This document shows, piece by piece, positions 17,406 through 21,859 of a DNA stretch of 21,859 nt. Position 1 is the stretch's first letter. Each line of letters starts with the position of its first letter. Under the pieces are notes generated by a model. The model had not been told where the DNA came from. It searched no databases and saw nothing but the letters and a program-made list of their open reading frames with translations. Where the stretch lies: contig JAPLDX010000054.1 of the NCBI GenBank assembly GCA_026391215.1, positions 1 to 21,859 of the forward strand. The letters run 5' to 3'. Made by a program: the position numbers and the translations under genes. Origin of the DNA: Bacteroidia bacterium (GTDB lineage Bacteria > Bacteroidota > Bacteroidia > Bacteroidales > VadinHA17).

Positions 17406-17454
17406 CACGGTACAAGGTTCAAAGTTCAAGGTTCAAGGTTCAAGGTTCAAGGTT
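17406..17454. repeat. Heptamer tandem repeat (CAAGGTT)n, about 7 units
   Basis: CACGGTA CAAGGTT CAAAGTT CAAGGTT CAAGGTT CAAGGTT CAAGGTT. Confidence 0.9.
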
Positions 17455-18210
17455 GAAATTATCGGCGTCTTTGAGAACGGGGAATTTTCCACGAAAATCC
17501 TTTAATTCTTTCATGGATATTTCTGCTGATATTGAACACTCTTCGTACTTTTTTGCTGTTGCTATTATTTCTCCCCTGGGATTTATGATCATGGAATCGC
17601 CGGAATATTTAATTCCCTTTCCGTCGGTTCCTACCCGGTTCGAACCGGCTACAAAACATTGATTTTCGATCGCCCTTGCCTTAAGCAATGTTATCCAGGT
17701 ATACCGTCTTGCCTCAGGCCAGCTGGCTGAATTGATCAGAAGGTCATAATCATTTCTGTTTCTGCTCCACACCGGGAACCTCAGATCGTAGCAGATATTG
17801 GGACATATCCTTACATCACCGAATTTGAAGGATACTCTTTTCCTTCCCGGAGTGAAAGCTTTCTCTTCGCCTGACATGGTGAAGAGATGTCTTTTATCAT
17901 AAGACCATGATCTTCCTAAAGGGGTAACGAATACCCACCGGTTATAGAACCTGTTTTTCTCTCTTACTATATAACTTCCACAAAGGCTGAAATTCCCTTC
18001 AGAGGAGCTCCTGCCCATCCAATCGAATGTAGAGGAGAATGGTTTTTCACAAAGCTTTTCAGTATCCATTGAGAAGCCTGTATTGAACATTTCAGGAAGG
18101 ATGACGACATCTGTTTTATTCTTTAAGGGGGATATCAGATGTTCAATCTGACTGAAATTGTCAGATTTATCTTCCCACTTTACATTGGTCTGAATAATTG
18201 AGATTCTCAT
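17440..18210 (-). CDS. Carbon-nitrogen hydrolase / omega-amidase (YafV-like)
   Basis: Catalytic triad motifs LPEMF, YDKRHLF and ICYDLRFP, plus ARAIENQ. Start placed at MRISIIQ (18210) because the longer start lies inside a terminator hairpin. Confidence 0.9.
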   Translation of the reverse strand: MRISIIQTNVKWEDKSDNFSQIEHLISPLKNKTDVVILPEMFNTGFSMDTEKLCEKPFSSTFDWMGRSSSEGNFSLCGSYIVREKNRFYNRWVFVTPLGRSWSYDKRHLFTMSGEEKAFTPGRKRVSFKFGDVRICPNICYDLRFPVWSRNRNDYDLLINSASWPEARRYTWITLLKARAIENQCFVAGSNRVGTDGKGIKYSGDSMIINPRGEIIATAKKYEECSISAEISMKELKDFRGKFPVLKDADNFNLEP

Positions 18211-18219
18211 ATCAAATTC

Positions 18220-18256
18220 AAAAAAAAGCACAGGCATTGAAGTCGCCTGTACTTTT
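18220..18256 (-). terminator. Intrinsic terminator after the 384-aa hypothetical gene
   Basis: Minus strand AGTACAGGC-GACTTCAAT-GCCTGTGCT followed by a T-run. Confidence 0.65.
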
Positions 18257-18277
18257 AAAACATTTTCAAAATGCAGT

Positions 18278-19432
18278 TTATTTAGCTGATAGTGATTTGT
18301 AATAATCGTCGAATATACCTGTTAACAAGGGTTTGTAATAAAGCCAGAAGAATTTTCTGAAGTCATTGGGTCTTTTGGTATAGAAAATGCCTTTCATCTT
18401 ATCCACTCCCTTGAATTTAGATGTCCATATAGGAACATCTGTACTTGTAAAATCACCTGAAAAATAGTAGGTTTTCTGAAATTCAGGATCCTGGATTACA
18501 GCCGGGAAAGTATTCTCAAGTCCATAGTCAGCCAGCAATGAATCACCCAAATTTGTTGTTCCGATTTTGAAAGTTGAAATTACATTGTTTTGAAGTGGAT
18601 CAATAATATCGAACCATTCACCAAATGCTATTGTTTCGGGGAGAGTATACTTCTTACAGTAAGCCGAATCTGTGACTACCTGAACCGGGAGAGTGCCTAC
18701 ATGAGTACCTTCCTCAAGCACGATTATTGCTTTATCCTTGATAAGCACAACTCCTGATTTTTTGAAAGTCCAGGGTTTTTTATACTGTTTACGGTACATA
18801 GCTGTCATCCAGATCGGGAAATCCTCAGTTATTGTATCGAGAGAAGTGTAGTATTTGCCGGTCCATCCTGAATATTTGATCCCAAGTCTCTCCTGTATCC
18901 TGTAAGATTCATATTCAGGTGTTGGGTAATCGAAAGTATTATATTCAAGAATAACGAGTTTGTGCCGGTCCTTCATTTCCTTTATAAAGGAATTATCGTT
19001 GTTGTTCAGACCGCCATAGAGTTTCCTTGACCGGCGGCTTTTATTTATGCCCTGGTACCAGTCATTAAAAAATACTCCATAAGTGTCCGTAAAATAGACA
19101 GCTTCAATTGAATCTGCAAGTACTATAAGATTATTCAGCCGCAGATTATTTTGATCATAAAGTCTTGCTTTTTTGGGCCGCGTGGGCATAAATCCATAAT
19201 AATCCTTCTTGTATGAATAGCTTGATTTATTCTCTTTCTTAACAAATCTGTCATTCGTTAAAATCCAGTTAAGCGACTTGTGCTTTACCCTTTCAAATGT
19301 TGAAACGGTCTTGTCGACAATAATGATATCCATGGGCTTTTTCGTTTGAAAAGTCCAACGTAGCAGGTTGATTACCGGCAGAGCAAGAAGTACTACCAGG
19401 ATAATAATTACTATAAGCAGAGGTTTTTTCAT
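18278..19432 (-). CDS. Hypothetical membrane-anchored protein
   Basis: 384-aa ORF with an N-terminal hydrophobic helix and an aromatic-rich domain (VDKTV, YFTDTYGV, EYN, SGWTGKY, YYFSGDF). Confidence 0.8.
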   Translation of the reverse strand: MKKPLLIVIIILVVLLALPVINLLRWTFQTKKPMDIIIVDKTVSTFERVKHKSLNWILTNDRFVKKENKSSYSYKKDYYGFMPTRPKKARLYDQNNLRLNNLIVLADSIEAVYFTDTYGVFFNDWYQGINKSRRSRKLYGGLNNNDNSFIKEMKDRHKLVILEYNTFDYPTPEYESYRIQERLGIKYSGWTGKYYTSLDTITEDFPIWMTAMYRKQYKKPWTFKKSGVVLIKDKAIIVLEEGTHVGTLPVQVVTDSAYCKKYTLPETIAFGEWFDIIDPLQNNVISTFKIGTTNLGDSLLADYGLENTFPAVIQDPEFQKTYYFSGDFTSTDVPIWTSKFKGVDKMKGIFYTKRPNDFRKFFWLYYKPLLTGIFDDYYKSLSAK

Positions 19433-19582
19433 AACTGAATTAATATCTGAAAGTATTCAAGTACATAAACTATCTGACGACTTCAAAAAACTCAAATTCA
19501 ATTGTTAAATGTATTAATTTATTTTTTGTAACGAAAATAAATTTGAAGCAATTTAGTAAAAATTATTTAACCGCAAAATTAC

Positions 19583-21247
19583 TCAGTAGCCGCAAGCCGA
19601 ATTATTGCCTCTTTTATCGGCGCCTCCAGCGAGTTCACCATCGGGCAGTATATGGATTGCATTAACTCTTCCAATAGTCTGCCTTGGCCTGGTTTCATGT
19701 CCTATTTGTTTCAGTTTCAACAGAGTAAGGCTGTCGATGCTATTTACCTCATAGGTTATCCAGTCGGGCAGCCACTGATGGTGAAATCTACCAGTATCAA
19801 CGGCTTCCCTGATGCTCATATTGTGGTCAATAACGTTTATTATAACCTGAAATACTGATGTCGGGATAGTAGAACCTCCCGGAGAACCGGCAACCAGAAA
19901 AAGTTTTCCTTCTTTTTCAACAATTACCGGAGTCATAGAGCTTAGCATCCTTTTTCCGGGTTCAATTGAGTTTGCTTCACCGCCTGTCAGTCCGAATATA
20001 TTTGGGACACCTGGCTTTACTGAAAAATCGTTCATCTCATTATTCAGCAGGAATCCGGCGCCATCCACAACGATACTGCTCCCATATATATTATTAAGTG
20101 TCGTCGTAACTGCAACAGCATTTCCTGATCCATCAACCACGGAATAATGTGTTGTCTCCTCGCTTTCATAGACTTCTGGTGAACCGGCTTTTATTTCTGA
20201 AGATACTGATGCTCTGTTCTCATTGAAATCTTTCAGTCTTTCTTTTAAGTATTCACGATCCAGCAATCCCTCAACCGGGACGTTTATAAAATCGGGATCG
20301 CCTGAAAACTCAGCGCGATCAGCATAGACCCTCCTCTCAGCTTCAGTTATCAGGTGAATGGTCTTTTCTGAATGGAATCCCCATTCCTTTACAGGGTATG
20401 GCTCAATCATCCCGAGAAGCTGAAACAGAATTATTCCGCCGCCTGAAGGAGGAGGAACGGAAATAAGCCTGTAACCCTTGTAATCTGTAATGAGCGGCTT
20501 CCTGAAAGATGATTTGTATTCATTCAGATCCTGTTTTGTGATTAAGCCATTACCTCTTTTCATTTCCTGAAAAATAAGTTCAGCCGTTTTTCCCGAATAG
20601 AATCCATCCCTACCATAATCCCTGATCCTTTCCAGTGTTTCTGCCAGGTCAGGCTGCATCAGGGTATCTCCCTCCCTCCATTCGGTGTCTTTTACGAATG
20701 CCGGCTTATTTTTATTCTTCTGAATAAAATATTCCCTGTTCTCATTCAGCGATTTTGCCTGTTCACCGGTAATGGAATAACCGTTTTTAGCAAGGTCAAT
20801 TGCCGGCTGAATGACCTGCCGGAAACTTAAACTGCCATATTTGGAATGGATCATTATCAATCCGTCCACCGAACCTGGCACCCCTGCAGCAAGGTGCGTC
20901 TCAGTGCTTAAGCCTTCAATAACATTTCCGTCATCGTCCAGGTACATATCCCTGGATGCCCCCATGGGAGCCTTTTCCCTGAAATCAATTACATCAGTTG
21001 AGCCATCTTTGGTTCTGACAACCATAAATCCACCGCCTCCTATATTACCTGCCTCAGGATAGCAGACTGCAAGGGCAAACCCTGTGGCAACAGCTGCATC
21101 GACAGCATTCCCTCCTTCCTGAAGAACCGAAACTCCAATCCGTGATCCTTGCGGATGTGCTGAAACAACCATTCCGTGATTTGTAATAATATCATCACAT
21201 CCTGTGAATAATATCAGAACAGCCAGCAGTATATGTTGCGCTTTCAT
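19583..21247 (-). CDS. ggt: Gamma-glutamyltransferase, lipoprotein
   Basis: GGNAVDAAVA, GNIGGGGF, DFRE, PPPSGGG, ETTHYSVVD (catalytic Thr), LNNEMNDF, LSSMTP and GSPGG. Start placed at MKAQHILL (21247), with lipobox FTG-C. Confidence 0.95.
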   Translation of the reverse strand: MKAQHILLAVLILFTGCDDIITNHGMVVSAHPQGSRIGVSVLQEGGNAVDAAVATGFALAVCYPEAGNIGGGGFMVVRTKDGSTDVIDFREKAPMGASRDMYLDDDGNVIEGLSTETHLAAGVPGSVDGLIMIHSKYGSLSFRQVIQPAIDLAKNGYSITGEQAKSLNENREYFIQKNKNKPAFVKDTEWREGDTLMQPDLAETLERIRDYGRDGFYSGKTAELIFQEMKRGNGLITKQDLNEYKSSFRKPLITDYKGYRLISVPPPSGGGIILFQLLGMIEPYPVKEWGFHSEKTIHLITEAERRVYADRAEFSGDPDFINVPVEGLLDREYLKERLKDFNENRASVSSEIKAGSPEVYESEETTHYSVVDGSGNAVAVTTTLNNIYGSSIVVDGAGFLLNNEMNDFSVKPGVPNIFGLTGGEANSIEPGKRMLSSMTPVIVEKEGKLFLVAGSPGGSTIPTSVFQVIINVIDHNMSIREAVDTGRFHHQWLPDWITYEVNSIDSLTLLKLKQIGHETRPRQTIGRVNAIHILPDGELAGGADKRGNNSACGY

Positions 21248-21379
21248 AACGATTATTATTAATGACTTCAAATATATTAAAATGGGTGCATCTTCTTCTA
21301 TAAATAAAAGAAGGGACACTCTGCAATGCGTTTCTTCACTATTTATTGTTTTTATTAAATTTACAACAATTTATTTATT

Positions 21380-21859
21380 ATGCTTTCAAATCAACCCCTT
21401 GCAGAAAGGCTCAGGCCAAAGGATCTTGATGAATTCTACGGACAGGATCATCTTGTAGGCAAGAATGCTGTACTAAGGAAGGCCATTGAATCAGGGAATG
21501 TGCCATCATTTATTTTATGGGGTCCACCCGGAGTAGGAAAAACCACTCTTGCAAGAATTATTGCCAACTCCCTGAAGCGTCCGTTCTTTCATCTAAGTGC
21601 AGTTCATTCGGGAGTAAAAGACGTGAGAGAGACAATAGAAAAGGCAAAGAAACAGCAGTTTTTCAATCAACCAAATCCGATTCTATTCATTGATGAAATA
21701 CACCGTTTTAACAAATCACAGCAGGATTCTCTTCTCAGTGCAGTTGAGCAGGGTACGATCACATTGATTGGCGCTACCACGGAGAATCCCTCATTCGAGG
21801 TCATATCCCCCCTCCTTTCCCGCTGCCAGGTCTATGTTTTGAATCCTTTAAGCAAGGAT
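21380..21859 (+). CDS. rarA: Replication-associated recombination protein A (RarA/MgsA), 5' part, runs off the window
   Basis: Manual translation: [25 protein letters not shown]...[11 protein letters not shown] (Walker A)...[15 protein letters not shown] (Walker B)...[13 protein letters not shown]...LLSRC. Not in the ORF track because it lacks a stop. Confidence 0.95.
   Translation, partial: MLSNQPLAERLRPKDLDEFYGQDHLVGKNAVLRKAIESGNVPSFILWGPPGVGKTTLARIIANSLKRPFFHLSAVHSGVKDVRETIEKAKKQQFFNQPNPILFIDEIHRFNKSQQDSLLSAVEQGTITLIGATTENPSFEVISPLLSRCQVYVLNPLSKD

Noticed and set aside
18211-18237. N-terminal extension of the amidase (MPVLFFEFD)
   Set aside because: Encoded by the terminator hairpin and T-tract. 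The typical family start is MRISIIQ.
21248-21319. N-terminal extension of ggt in the ORF track
   Set aside because: Non-ATG start in AT-rich intergenic DNA. The lipoprotein signal begins at ATG 21247.
1419-21458. Many 60-175 aa ORFs antisense to or overlapping long genes (e.g. 4945-5469, 13514-13906, 16926-17387, 6544-6828, 21204-21458)
   Set aside because: Shadow ORFs of well-supported genes with no motifs of their own.

Overview
Mostly core-chromosome DNA of a Bacteroidota (probably anaerobic Bacteroidales) bacterium, judged from TAnnTTTG-type promoters, lipoprotein signals and gene content. From left to right it holds: about 400 bp that looks like the end of an element integrated at tRNA-Lys(UUU); a lipoprotein GH2 glycosidase; asnC, pyrD, pyrK and an XRE-HTH gene; a 577-bp AT-rich intergenic region; a putative beta-barrel protein; an SDR; a GC-rich nested-hairpin repeat; a pta-ackA-ptb-ptb-buk acyl-phosphate operon; a divergent FAD/Fe-S oxidoreductase; a heptamer tandem repeat; an omega-amidase; a membrane-anchored hypothetical; ggt; and a partial rarA. 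Two observations stand out. (1) The intergenic region upstream of the XRE gene carries two clusters of three TTACA-N2-TGTAA palindromes around an AT-rich core with DnaA-box-like inverted repeats, suggesting a tripartite operator system or an origin-like locus. (2) A phage cos-like motif with no following terminase lies about 220 bp from the tRNA 3' end, suggesting a phage satellite or prophage remnant. Product calls come from motifs read by eye. No searches were run.
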